This document shows, piece by piece, positions 30,222 through 39,867 of a DNA stretch of 64,000 nucleotides; position 1 is the stretch's first letter; each line of letters starts with the position of its first letter. Below the pieces are notes generated by a model. The model ran no database searches, had not been told where the DNA came from, and saw only the letters and a list, made by a program, of their open reading frames with translations. This DNA is from Gammaproteobacteria bacterium (lineage in GTDB: Bacteria > Pseudomonadota > Gammaproteobacteria > QZLD01), in NCBI GenBank assembly GCA_004796365.1, contig QZLE01000189.1:12471-76470 (forward strand), in the 5' to 3' direction. A program made the position numbers and the translations under genes.

Positions 30222-31304
30222 TTATTTCAGCCTTTTTTTAAAATGCGGGCTATCGCCCCACTCGTTATAGCCTATAGTCTCACCGACAGATTTTACGCGA
30301 TTACCAAGGCAAGCCTTGCACATGGTTGAGTTTTCATCCATGCATGGCTTGTTGTCGTAAAGCTGGTATTTATCACGGTATTTGGTATCAGTAACATTTG
30401 GCATGATAATATTCGCTCCAGCCTGAAGCCCCATCTCACGGCCGGAATGATCAAGTGCCTGTAATGCGGTAGTCGAGGCAATATTCACATCCTTGAGATA
30501 GATGCGGGCTACCGCAATCATTTTTAAAGCAAGTTCAAGCTGCTTGTTTTTATAATCATCAAAATTCCCCATGCTGTGAGCCAACGGTGTATCATGGTGA
30601 GGAATAAATGGCCCCATGCCAATCATATCTATATCGTTTTGCTTAAAGAAAGCCAGATCATTCGCAAGATCTTCAATTGTTTGATTTGGCAGGCCAATCA
30701 TAACGCCTGTACCGGTTTGATAGCCAAGGCTTTTTAAGGTTTTAAGGCAGGTGATTCTTTCGTTAAACGAATGGGTGTCTGGATGAAGAGATTGGTATAA
30801 GGATGGATTGCTGGTTTCGATGCGCAATAAATAGCGGTGTCCGCCAGCATTAAACCAGCGTTTTAAGGTGCCTTCAGTCTGCTCGCCCAGTGATAAGGTT
30901 ATTCCTAGTTTATTTTCGGTTTGATTTTTAATTTTAATCAGAAGGGTTTCAATAAATTCAGTGAATTTGCTGTCGCAGCGCTCGCCACTTTGCAGAACAA
31001 TCGACCCATAACCAGCTTCATAAGCCCATTTAGCAGCGTTTAATATCTCTTCTTCTTCCATAATAAAGCGTTCTATCGACTCGTTACTCTTGCGTATACC
31101 GCAATAATAACAGTCCTTTGCACAAATATTGCTTAACTCAATTATTCCGCGAAAAAATACTTTTGTGCCAACATTCTCAGTTTTAACTTGATATGCTCGT
31201 TTATAAAGCATGTCGATATCGTTTTTATCTTCCAGTAATAAAAGAGTTGTTAAATCTGATAACTCCATATTTTTTTGGCTTAATATTTCGCTGGTGCTTT
31301 TCAT
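30222..31304 (-). CDS. radical SAM enzyme of the HydE / BioB-like subfamily
   Basis: ORF 30222..31343 (TTG start); ATG 31304 is the first ATG. CAKDCYYCGIRKSN (CxxxCxxC). Collinear similarity to Thermotoga HydE as I recall it (IVLQSGE, RYLLRIETSN, GYQTGTGVMIGLPNQT, DMIGMGPFIPHHDTPLA, GANIIMPN). Confidence 0.8.
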   Translation of the reverse strand: MKSTSEILSQKNMELSDLTTLLLLEDKNDIDMLYKRAYQVKTENVGTKVFFRGIIELSNICAKDCYYCGIRKSNESIERFIMEEEEILNAAKWAYEAGYGSIVLQSGERCDSKFTEFIETLLIKIKNQTENKLGITLSLGEQTEGTLKRWFNAGGHRYLLRIETSNPSLYQSLHPDTHSFNERITCLKTLKSLGYQTGTGVMIGLPNQTIEDLANDLAFFKQNDIDMIGMGPFIPHHDTPLAHSMGNFDDYKNKQLELALKMIAVARIYLKDVNIASTTALQALDHSGREMGLQAGANIIMPNVTDTKYRDKYQLYDNKPCMDENSTMCKACLGNRVKSVGETIGYNEWGDSPHFKKRLK

Positions 31305-31685
31305 TGTTTTTCCGGTATTGTTTAAGTAATTTGATAATATCAAAGTTAATGCATCGGTAGTTCAAAAACTATAGTTTTATACTAGCAGAATTTTTAAACC
31401 GCACTTTTTTATTGATATTTAATGATAATACAATGGTTTTCGATAGATGCTTGACTTCAAATTGTTCTTCATTCTGGTTTTCGCACTTAAAAAAGTCTAC
31501 TAACGGAGTATATATGCCAAAATAAGACTTTACTTATATACCAAAAAGTATATAATTGTCGCATAAATGAAAATACTTGGTTTGGGAGAGTTTTTTGTTG
31601 CATGTTTAACAAGTGACAAAAAATTAATCAAGTAATATATAAAAGCGGAGTTGCATAGTTCCAAACTAATTGTGTGGTGTGGGAT

Positions 31686-32354
31686 ATGCAAGAAAACAAA
31701 ACAAGAAACAATAGCAAGACTGAAAAATTTTCACTGGCAAAAATCAGAGAAGATATTTCTAATTTTTACAATATCACTTTAACAAGACATGAAGCCAAGA
31801 GGTTAGATGGACTTAATGTTAGAATTGAGCGAAGTGATTATAAGGTTACTAAGTTTTTTTCTTTTAAAGACTTTGTTGATATTGATGAGGCTTTGCGTGC
31901 AGCTATTGCATGCCGAAATGAGCATTATCAGCAGGCGGGCTACCCATCATTTTTAACACGAAGTATTGTGCCTGATATATCAGAATGCGCTTTAAGCGGT
32001 ACTGGATGGTCTGGTATTAGAATCAGAGAAAAGAAAGACAGCAGGCGAAAAACATCACGTAGGCACGTATCTTTTTCATGTCCGGTGCCTGAGACAGGGC
32101 GTATTACAACAAAAGATATCTCTTTGCAAAAGCATAATGATGTTGTAGATCATGCAGTGGACAATGCGGTTTCAATAAAGCGTGAGAGTATTGAGTTATA
32201 TAACCAAATTGTCCCGATTTATAATGAGCTTGCTACAAAGTCAGTTGAGGCAGCTTGTTTTACTGAGCTGAGAACATTAAATCCAACCTTGCAGTTTTTG
32301 AAAACCAACTCACAGCGGCTATGGGAACAAGCATATAAGATAGCAGTTAAATAA
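31686..32354 (+). CDS. hypothetical protein, possibly two AP2/ERF-like DNA-binding repeats
   Basis: ORF 31674..32354 (GTG); ATG 31686 gives MQENKTRN. Segments GLNVRIERSDYKVTKFFSFKDFVDIDEALRAAIACRNEHY and GIRIREKKDSRRKTSRRHVSFSCPV...AVDNAVSIKRESIELYN have the strand-strand-strand-helix pattern of AP2-type domains. This is a weak by-eye call. Confidence 0.4.
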   Translation: MQENKTRNNSKTEKFSLAKIREDISNFYNITLTRHEAKRLDGLNVRIERSDYKVTKFFSFKDFVDIDEALRAAIACRNEHYQQAGYPSFLTRSIVPDISECALSGTGWSGIRIREKKDSRRKTSRRHVSFSCPVPETGRITTKDISLQKHNDVVDHAVDNAVSIKRESIELYNQIVPIYNELATKSVEAACFTELRTLNPTLQFLKTNSQRLWEQAYKIAVK

Positions 32355-32356
32355 GT

Positions 32357-33376
32357 TTATTTTTCTGGTCTAGGGCTAAATGTCTGATGTTGAGGAAAGC
32401 CGGTGGATATATGAAAGTCACCGGCTTTATCAATTACTAAGGCCTCAACATGATCAATACCTTCAGCTAAAACCATGCTTCTTTTCGCACCTAGAACAAA
32501 CATTGCTGTAGATAATGCGTCGGTAAACGTAGGGTCGTTACCAATAACTGTTACGCTTTGCACATCTGAGGCTGAGTTGCCGGTAGCTGGATTGACTATG
32601 TGGTGTACATGATCCCCTTCACCATCTATAAAATAGCGCTCATAATCCCCGGAAGTTGATATCGCCTTATCTGTTAGGTTAAATGTATAAACAGCCCTCA
32701 ATTGACCACGAGGAGCTTTTATTCCGGTACGCCATGGATTGCCATTTTTTGTACCAATTACCATGGAATCCCCTCCAGCGGTTACCAGAGCATTTGATAT
32801 TCCGTAGCCCTTCAAAATTTCGATAGCTTGTTTGACTGCATAGCCCTTGGCAAATCCACCAAAGCTGATTTTGGTATAACGGTTTTTGAAACTAACAGTG
32901 TTATTCTCGTAAAGCTCCAGATTGTTAAATCCAATACCGTATTTAGCCTTGGCTAATTGCTCTGCGCTTGGTGCAGACTGGTTGCGAAAATCGTATAGCT
33001 GTCCGACAGAGGCGTATGTTATATCAAATGCCCCTTCTGAAAGCTGGGAGATACCAGATGCGAACCTAATTAGTCTTGCAGTTTCATCAGACACCTTAAC
33101 TGTATTATTAAATGCGGTATTGTTTAGTACTGATATTTCGCTGGTGCTAATATATGGACTAAATTGGTTTTCTATACGTTTAAACTCTTCAATTACCTTT
33201 TTAATTGCCAATTCGCGAATTGTGCGTTTTTCATGATTAACCTGAATGCTAACTGTGGTACCGAACAATTTAAGCTCTTTAGCAGACCAAACAGCTCCAG
33301 AATAGCTCTTATCGATAAGGATAAAGGCTGCAATAAGTAGTATCGGAATCGATAAAAATACAGGTAGTTTTTTCAT
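32357..33376 (-). CDS. apbE: FAD:protein FMN transferase (ApbE family), exported/lipoprotein-like
   Basis: N-terminal signal peptide. GGFAKGYAV, TSGDYERYF, HHIVNPATG, TDALSTAMFVLG. Confidence 0.9.
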   Translation of the reverse strand: MKKLPVFLSIPILLIAAFILIDKSYSGAVWSAKELKLFGTTVSIQVNHEKRTIRELAIKKVIEEFKRIENQFSPYISTSEISVLNNTAFNNTVKVSDETARLIRFASGISQLSEGAFDITYASVGQLYDFRNQSAPSAEQLAKAKYGIGFNNLELYENNTVSFKNRYTKISFGGFAKGYAVKQAIEILKGYGISNALVTAGGDSMVIGTKNGNPWRTGIKAPRGQLRAVYTFNLTDKAISTSGDYERYFIDGEGDHVHHIVNPATGNSASDVQSVTVIGNDPTFTDALSTAMFVLGAKRSMVLAEGIDHVEALVIDKAGDFHISTGFPQHQTFSPRPEK

Positions 33377-33458
33377 AATGAAATTGAATAAATTGATTGG
33401 TTATTCGTTGCTGATCTTCTATTATATCCCAAGTTTTAAGTTACAGACGAGAAATAAC

Positions 33459-34103
33459 ATGAGTCAAAATGAATCAAATCTAAACTTTGTAGTTATGCCA
33501 GTTGGATTTTTGCAGTGTAACTGCACAGTAGTGGTTGATAAGGCTTCAAAAAAGGCTCTTGTATTTGATCCAGGCGGTCATGTTGATCAGATTATAAAAG
33601 CTGCAAAAGATGCGGGTGCAGATGAGATCGTAAGTATTTACTGCACACATGCGCACTCAGACCATATTATGGGTGTTGGTGAGCTTAAGGATAAAACTGG
33701 TGCAACTGTCTATATGTGTGAGCGGGATTTGGATCTTTGGAAGAAAGTAGACGAACAATGCAGAAAATTTGGTCTGCCTACTGATTTTAAGAAAGTTGAT
33801 CCTGATGAATTTATTGCTGAAGGTGATAAAACCAGTATAGGAAATGCCAAAGTTCTTCATACTCCAGGTCATTCACCAGGTTCGGTAAGTTTTTATTTTG
33901 AAGAGGCTGGGGTGGTTATCGTCGGTGATGTTCTGTTTAGACACTCGATTGGCAGAACAGATCTTTGGGGTGGAAATCAATCAACACTCTTTAAGTCTAT
34001 CAGAGAGAAGATATTTACTTTGCCTGCTAACACAGAGGTAGTAACAGGGCATGGTCCATTTACAACTGTTGGTGATGAGATAAATGGAAACCCTTTCTTG
34101 TAG
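33459..34103 (+). CDS. MBL-fold metallo-hydrolase (glyoxalase II-like)
   Basis: ORF 33378..34103; ATG 33459 gives MSQNESNLNFVVMPVG. The upstream part of the ORF would abut the apbE start codon, 1 nt away on the opposite strand. THAHSDH metal motif, HTPGHSPGS, GDVLF..SIGRTD. Confidence 0.85.
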   Translation: MSQNESNLNFVVMPVGFLQCNCTVVVDKASKKALVFDPGGHVDQIIKAAKDAGADEIVSIYCTHAHSDHIMGVGELKDKTGATVYMCERDLDLWKKVDEQCRKFGLPTDFKKVDPDEFIAEGDKTSIGNAKVLHTPGHSPGSVSFYFEEAGVVIVGDVLFRHSIGRTDLWGGNQSTLFKSIREKIFTLPANTEVVTGHGPFTTVGDEINGNPFL

Positions 34104-34122
34104 CAGCAGTAAAATTTCACAT

Positions 34123-34152
34123 AAAAAAAGCGCCGTCATAGGCGCTTTTTTT
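34123..34152. terminator. bidirectional rho-independent terminator between convergent MBL hydrolase and hup genes
   Basis: aaaaaaAGCGCC gtcata GGCGCTtttttt: stem 34129-34134 / 34141-34146 flanked by an A-run and a T-run. Confidence 0.85.
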
Positions 34153-34169
34153 ATAAATAAGGAAACCTA

Positions 34170-34463
34170 TTAAGCGTTAACTTTGTCCTTAAATGCTTTA
34201 CCTGCAGTAAATTTTGGCAAAGTAGCAGCTGGGATATCTATTTCAGCACCAGTGCTTGGGTTGCGACCTTTGCGTGCAGCACGTTGGCTTTGAGAAAATT
34301 TACCAAAACCAATAACATTTACTTCATCGCCTTTAGCTACAGAATCTGTGATTGTTTCAAGTGTTGCAGCAATTACTTCAGATACAGCTTTTTTGGTAAG
34401 ACCTTCTGTTCTTTCTAGTACTTCTTGGATAAGATCGGCCTTACTTAGAACATTCTTGGACAT
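34170..34463 (-). CDS. hup: HU family nucleoid-associated DNA-binding protein
   Basis: 97 aa. GFGKFSQSQRAARKGRNPSTGAEIDIPAATLPKFTAGKAFKDKV is the HU arm and signature. Confidence 0.9.
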   Translation of the reverse strand: MSKNVLSKADLIQEVLERTEGLTKKAVSEVIAATLETITDSVAKGDEVNVIGFGKFSQSQRAARKGRNPSTGAEIDIPAATLPKFTAGKAFKDKVNA

Positions 34464-34767
34464 GTATTAAACTCCTTTTAAATTGTTTGATGTAGCCTCG
34501 TTATCTAAATATAAACTCAATTTTATTTTTCACAAGTGCATATAACAAAAGGTTCTTAATGAAATGTATTCATTAATATCTATAATACTCTGAAAAATAA
34601 ACATATTAGTCCATATATTAAATTTTGCAAATGTTTAAAAAAACAGTATTTAGTCTATAATTCTTATAGCTCTGCAAGCGCTTGAATGACGATTATGAGA
34701 TGCAGTTCTTAGCTATTTTTGGATTTGTGTAAGATAATTCTTACATATTGTGTTGAAAAATAAGAAT

Positions 34768-35280
34768 ATGAGCAGAAGTAGAAGAATAAATTATCTGGTC
34801 GGTTTTGTATCTCTTGGTTCGATACTGTTTTTAGTAGGTATCGTGTCGGGTATTATGTATTCTGAATTTTCAATCGACTCTGTTCCGACACGTGTAACTG
34901 TAATCATTCCTAAGCATGCCGAAGAGGCAAAGAATATGCTCAACAGCATGCTGATTAATTCACAATGTAATTATAAAGGGCACGCCAGACGGGATTTTAT
35001 TGTTTGTAATAAGGAAGGATTTAAGCGCACTGAAATTAGTTATTGGCAGTATTCTTCTGGGTTGTGGGAGGCCAGAAAGCTGAAAAAACCGATAAAAAAG
35101 AGAAAAGGAGAGGTTAGGGATAATGGGGTTCAGACAAAAAAGAACGATTATATAACATTTAAAATTCACCCTATTGACGAAAAGGCGGTTTATCTTACTC
35201 GCTATATACTTGACGAAAGAATTATTGGGCATCCACTTGGAGGAGTTGATGTCAGAGCAGTAGTGGCACAACATCGCTAG
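34768..35280 (+). CDS. hypothetical membrane-anchored protein
   Basis: ORF 34750..35280; ATG 34768 gives MSRSRRINY followed by one TM helix (LVGFVSLGSILFLVGIVSGIMY). No family recognised. Confidence 0.45.
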   Translation: MSRSRRINYLVGFVSLGSILFLVGIVSGIMYSEFSIDSVPTRVTVIIPKHAEEAKNMLNSMLINSQCNYKGHARRDFIVCNKEGFKRTEISYWQYSSGLWEARKLKKPIKKRKGEVRDNGVQTKKNDYITFKIHPIDEKAVYLTRYILDERIIGHPLGGVDVRAVVAQHR

Positions 35281-35315
35281 TTTTAATTGCACCAATCAAG
35301 CTGGTTATTTCTCAG

Positions 35316-36455
35316 TTAATTGTAATAGCTTATCTCAATCGAGCTCAGCCAATCGTATTTTTCAAGTCCTTTGAACATGTCTTTACTGGTAAGCAGTTCT
35401 TTAGGTAATAATAATTCTATCAAGACTTTGTTATGGGAATAATGGATATTAATTCTTTTGATATCACCAAAATTGAATTCATTGCATACCCAGGTATCTT
35501 TTAGTATAGAAGTAATTTCACTTCTAAGTGGTAAAACTGCATCATTAGAATATAGGTTTTTAAAGTCATCTTCTTCTGGGTCAATATGTACGGTCACATC
35601 GTTTATTTCTTCAATTTCTGTTAATAATCTGTGAGTAAGGTTATCACCAATTTGATGCCCCTCGGATACGCTTATGTATGGTTCGACTTGTATATGCAGA
35701 TCTAAAAGGATATTGGCCCCAGATTTACGACAGCGTAAGCGGTGAGTTCCTTTGATTTCAGGAAATTGGTCGATTATTTTAGTAATGTTGTCGATAAAAT
35801 CCTGTGGTGGAGCTGTATCGACAAGTTCTGCAAGGTTTCCCCATACAAGATCAAAGCCCACCTTACCGATCATTACTGCAACAATTATTGCGGCTAGCGG
35901 ATCAAGCCAGTTTAATCCGGCATAGGATCCTATAAGACCAATAACAACAACAATTGAAGACAAAGAGTCGGTTCTATGGTGCCATGCGTTGGCCTTTAAG
36001 ACCTGGGATTTTGTTTCTGTAGCGATAGCCATAGTATAGTGATAGACCCATTCTTTACTAGCTATCGAAAGGATTGCAACAACAATTGCTGCCCAGCCAG
36101 GGGTTTGCAGGTTTGGGCTTAAGATTTTTTCAAATCCACTGTAGATTATTGCCCCTGCCAAGGCGATCAAAAAGGTGCCAATTGCGAGCGATCCAAGGGT
36201 TTCAAAACGTTGGTGTCCGTATGGGTGTTTGCTGTCTGGTTCATCGTTCGCAAGTTTTGTTGTAACGATCACTAGGGCGTCAGTAATCAGGTCTGAAAGA
36301 GAATGGATTCCATCAATAAGCAACGCTTGTGAATGACTGACTATCCCAAAAAAAATCTTAAATATTGAAAGTACAATATTTACAACTGCACCAATTATCG
36401 TAGCTTTATGTTGAGCTTTGATGATTTCAGTCTTGTCCTGCACAGTAGATCCCAT
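35316..36455 (-). CDS. cation diffusion facilitator (CDF) family metal efflux transporter
   Basis: Six predicted TM helices, HSLSDLITD and HHRTDSLSS metal-site motifs, C-terminal cytoplasmic domain. Confidence 0.85.
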   Translation of the reverse strand: MGSTVQDKTEIIKAQHKATIIGAVVNIVLSIFKIFFGIVSHSQALLIDGIHSLSDLITDALVIVTTKLANDEPDSKHPYGHQRFETLGSLAIGTFLIALAGAIIYSGFEKILSPNLQTPGWAAIVVAILSIASKEWVYHYTMAIATETKSQVLKANAWHHRTDSLSSIVVVIGLIGSYAGLNWLDPLAAIIVAVMIGKVGFDLVWGNLAELVDTAPPQDFIDNITKIIDQFPEIKGTHRLRCRKSGANILLDLHIQVEPYISVSEGHQIGDNLTHRLLTEIEEINDVTVHIDPEEDDFKNLYSNDAVLPLRSEITSILKDTWVCNEFNFGDIKRINIHYSHNKVLIELLLPKELLTSKDMFKGLEKYDWLSSIEISYYN

Positions 36456-36578
36456 TATAGTGAGTTACTTTTAAATATAACAATATAATAGTTGAAGTAT
36501 ATTTCTTAGTCGACTGCTCTGCTATAGTCGGCAGTTCTACAACAAATATATTATATAAAAAATGACAATGAGGGATTA

Positions 36579-39485
36579 ATGGAACATAAGGCATTTAAGT
36601 TACTCAGAACTGAGTCAATAACATCGCTTAATATTGAGGTTCAGGAGTATGAGCATATTAAGACCGGAGCAATGCATTATCATCTGGCCTGCGAGAACAA
36701 TGAAAATACCTTTTTAGTTGCACTGCGTACGGTTCCTACCGACTGCACAGGTGTTGCACATATCCTTGAACATACTGCCTTGTGTGGTAGCGAAAAGTTC
36801 CCTGTTAGAGACCCGTTTTTTATGATGCTACGTCGTTCTCTCAACACTTATATGAATGCGCTTACCAGCAGTGATTGGACTGCATATCCGTTTGCAACGC
36901 AATGCAAAAAAGACTTTAATAACCTGTTGGATGTTTATCTTGATGCAGTTTTTTTCAGTAGACTTGACGAGCTTGATTTTCTGCAAGAGGGGTGGCGGTA
37001 TGAATTCAGCCAGATCAGTGACCCTCAATCAAAACTTGAATATAAGGGCGTTGTTTTCAACGAAATGAAAGGTGCTATGAGCTCTCCGGTTTCAGTAGCA
37101 TGGCAGGCCCTTACCAAGAATGTTTTTCCAACATCAACCTACCATTACAACAGTGGTGGTGATCCAGAAGTTATAACAGATCTAAGTTATCAGCAGCTTA
37201 AAGATTTTTATAAGGTTCACTACCATCCAAGTAACGCTATGTTTTTTACCTTTGGTGATATTTCTGCATTTGAACACCAGGAAAATATCGAATCTAAGGT
37301 TTTGCAACACTTTGACAGGCTGGATAGAACAATCGAAATATCCAAAGAAAAAAGATATGCAACGCAGCAAACAATCACAGAATACTTCTCACCGACAGAT
37401 GATAGCGGAAAAGGGCAGCTTGTATTAAGTTGGCTGCTAAATGAAAGTTCAGATATTGATGATCTGTTAGAAGCTGAATTTTTATCAAGTGTACTTTTGG
37501 AAAATAGTGCATCGCCACTGCGTAACCTTTTGGAAACAACAGATCTTGCAGACTCTCCTTCACCGCTAACGGGGGTAGAGACCACTAATAAAGAAATGAT
37601 GTTTATGTGTGGTATTGATGGTGCAGATGTTAATAAAATCAATGAGTTTGACCAACAGGTAACACTTTGTTTGCAAAACCTTATCCAAAACGGTGTAGAT
37701 CAAGATTATCTTGAGGCTATCTTACATCAACTTGAGTTTTCACAACGTGAAATTGGCGGAGATCGTGAGCCATTTGGTCTTCAGCTGATCTTTAGCGCCA
37801 TATCAACAGCAGTACATCAAGGTGATGTTATAAGCATATTAAATCTGGATCCCGCAATTGAAAAGTTGCGCTCTAAAATACAGGACGCAAATTACATAAA
37901 AGAGCTGATAAACAAGTTATTGCTGCAAAATAATCATAAAATTAGACTGGTTATGAAGCCTGATCCGGATTACAACAACAAAAAGCAGCAGTTTGAGGAG
38001 GATAAACTTGCTAAGGTAGAGGCTGAACTTGATGTAGCTGCAAAGCAATCAATAGTGGATAATGCTAAAGCGCTTTTACAACGCCAGCAAGAGCTTGGTG
38101 ATGAATCTATTTTGCCAAAAGTAACTAGAGAAGATATTCCAGAGTTAATTGACTACCCTCAAGGAAAGAAAACTGAAATAGCGAATATCCCTGCAGTTAC
38201 CTTTAAAAGTTCAACTAACGGTATCAGCTACTGCCAAATAATTACAGGGATGCCTGATTTTTCACTAGAGCTATATAACCATCTACCACTTTTTACTACG
38301 CTTGTTTCTGAGCTTGGTTATGGTGACTATGACTACAAACAGGTCCAGCATTTGCAAACTGCGCATACCGGGAGTATAGGCTGCTATACCAGCTTACGTT
38401 CTGATAAAGATGATATTGAAAAAACTTATGGCTTTGTCTCATATTCTGGTAAAGCATTAAATAGGAAGTTCGAAAAATTTGTATCGATGCTTGATGGAGT
38501 ATCAAGTAGTTTAAGATTTGACGAGCATGATCGGATGGTTGATCTGATTGCACAAATGCGCCTTAGAAAGGAAAATTCTATCACCAGTAATGGTCATGCA
38601 TATGCAATGCAGGCAGCTGCTAGTGGTATATCTCCTTTAGCTGGCTTATTGGATACTTTGGGTGGCCTGGATTCTATAAAAAGAATTAAAGAGCTAGATG
38701 ACAGGGTGAAGGCTGGCAATGGTATCGAAGAGTTTGCCGCAATATTATCTTCAATCTCAACCCAAATATATCTGCAGTCTAAGCAAATCCTGTTGATTTC
38801 TGATCAGGACTCACTTGATGCGAACATCCATATTTTAAATTCCGCATATGATTTTGAATCATCTGGTAATGCATCAAATGAGCTGAATCTCCAATTTGCT
38901 TCAAACAAACAACTACACAATATGTTTGTTACCAATACCCAGGTTAATTTCTGCGCTAAGGCCTATCCAACTGTTTCTTCCCAGCATGAAGATGCTGCAG
39001 CTCTAGCTGTTTTGGCCGCATTTCTTAAAAACGGTTATTTACATACTGCCATTAGAGAGCAGGGCGGGGCATATGGTGGTGGCGCCTCCCATGATACTAG
39101 TATTGGGGCCTTTAAATTCTATTCTTACAGAGACCCAAGAATAGAAGGTACCCTTGATGATTTTGATAAGTCTCTAGAGTGGCTGTGTTCAAATAAGCAC
39201 GAAGAAAAGCAACTTGAGGAAGCAGTTTTAGGTGTAATTGGATCTTTAGATAAACCATCATCACCGGCTGGTGAAGCTAAAAAGACATTCTATAATGAGC
39301 TGTTTGGAATAACTTCGCAGATGAGGCTGGATTATCGCAAGCGCATACTCAATACTACTATTGAAGATTTGATTGAAGTCGCGCAAAAATATTTGGTCCC
39401 GGAATCCTCAAGCAGTGTTGTTATAACCAATGAGCAGAACCAGCGTAAAGCTTCAGGACTTGGAATGGAAATAATAGAGATATAA
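36579..39485 (+). CDS. M16-family zinc metallopeptidase, PreP/insulinase-like (about 970 aa, M16C type)
   Basis: Inverted zinc motif HILEHTALCGS near the N-terminus. Length and the C-terminal REQGGAYGGGA motif are typical of presequence-protease-like enzymes. Confidence 0.9.
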   Translation: MEHKAFKLLRTESITSLNIEVQEYEHIKTGAMHYHLACENNENTFLVALRTVPTDCTGVAHILEHTALCGSEKFPVRDPFFMMLRRSLNTYMNALTSSDWTAYPFATQCKKDFNNLLDVYLDAVFFSRLDELDFLQEGWRYEFSQISDPQSKLEYKGVVFNEMKGAMSSPVSVAWQALTKNVFPTSTYHYNSGGDPEVITDLSYQQLKDFYKVHYHPSNAMFFTFGDISAFEHQENIESKVLQHFDRLDRTIEISKEKRYATQQTITEYFSPTDDSGKGQLVLSWLLNESSDIDDLLEAEFLSSVLLENSASPLRNLLETTDLADSPSPLTGVETTNKEMMFMCGIDGADVNKINEFDQQVTLCLQNLIQNGVDQDYLEAILHQLEFSQREIGGDREPFGLQLIFSAISTAVHQGDVISILNLDPAIEKLRSKIQDANYIKELINKLLLQNNHKIRLVMKPDPDYNNKKQQFEEDKLAKVEAELDVAAKQSIVDNAKALLQRQQELGDESILPKVTREDIPELIDYPQGKKTEIANIPAVTFKSSTNGISYCQIITGMPDFSLELYNHLPLFTTLVSELGYGDYDYKQVQHLQTAHTGSIGCYTSLRSDKDDIEKTYGFVSYSGKALNRKFEKFVSMLDGVSSSLRFDEHDRMVDLIAQMRLRKENSITSNGHAYAMQAAASGISPLAGLLDTLGGLDSIKRIKELDDRVKAGNGIEEFAAILSSISTQIYLQSKQILLISDQDSLDANIHILNSAYDFESSGNASNELNLQFASNKQLHNMFVTNTQVNFCAKAYPTVSSQHEDAAALAVLAAFLKNGYLHTAIREQGGAYGGGASHDTSIGAFKFYSYRDPRIEGTLDDFDKSLEWLCSNKHEEKQLEEAVLGVIGSLDKPSSPAGEAKKTFYNELFGITSQMRLDYRKRILNTTIEDLIEVAQKYLVPESSSSVVITNEQNQRKASGLGMEIIEI

Positions 39486-39523
39486 TTTTTTCGTAATTTA
39501 AATGGAAAATCAGGAGAAGAAAT

Positions 39524-39775
39524 ATGTCAAAGATTGAATATATAGCGTTGTATTACAAGCCTCAATGCCCGTTTTGCCAGAAAGTGCTAAGTGTAAAAGA
39601 TGAACTTGGGCAAGAATTCGAGCTATGTGATACAGCTTCAAATAGTGATTTAATGGAGGAACAGCTGGAGGCTACAGGCAAAAAAACTGTACCTTGTCTG
39701 AAAATTACTAAGGGTGATGCTGTTGAATGGCTGTATGAGTCCGGAGATATTTGTAATTACTTGAAGAATCTGTAA
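39524..39775 (+). CDS. glutaredoxin-family small thiol-disulfide protein
   Basis: 83 aa with CPFC active site (YYKPQCPFCQKV) and a TVPCL motif. Confidence 0.75.
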   Translation: MSKIEYIALYYKPQCPFCQKVLSVKDELGQEFELCDTASNSDLMEEQLEATGKKTVPCLKITKGDAVEWLYESGDICNYLKNL

Positions 39776-39808
39776 TGAATAGCTTACCTAATAGAGCTTA
39801 AACTCAGC

Positions 39809-39834
39809 GTCATTCCCGCTTTTGCGGGAGTGAC
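39809..39834. repeat. GC-rich REP-like hairpin between convergent genes (may act as a terminator)
   Basis: GTCATTCCCGC tttt GCGGGAGTGAC: 11-bp stem with one G-U position. Related arms occur at 4044-4062, 30179-30200 and 48646-48673. Confidence 0.5.
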
Positions 39835-39867
39835 ATTATCAGCTTGCGGAATTCAAATATCGAATAC

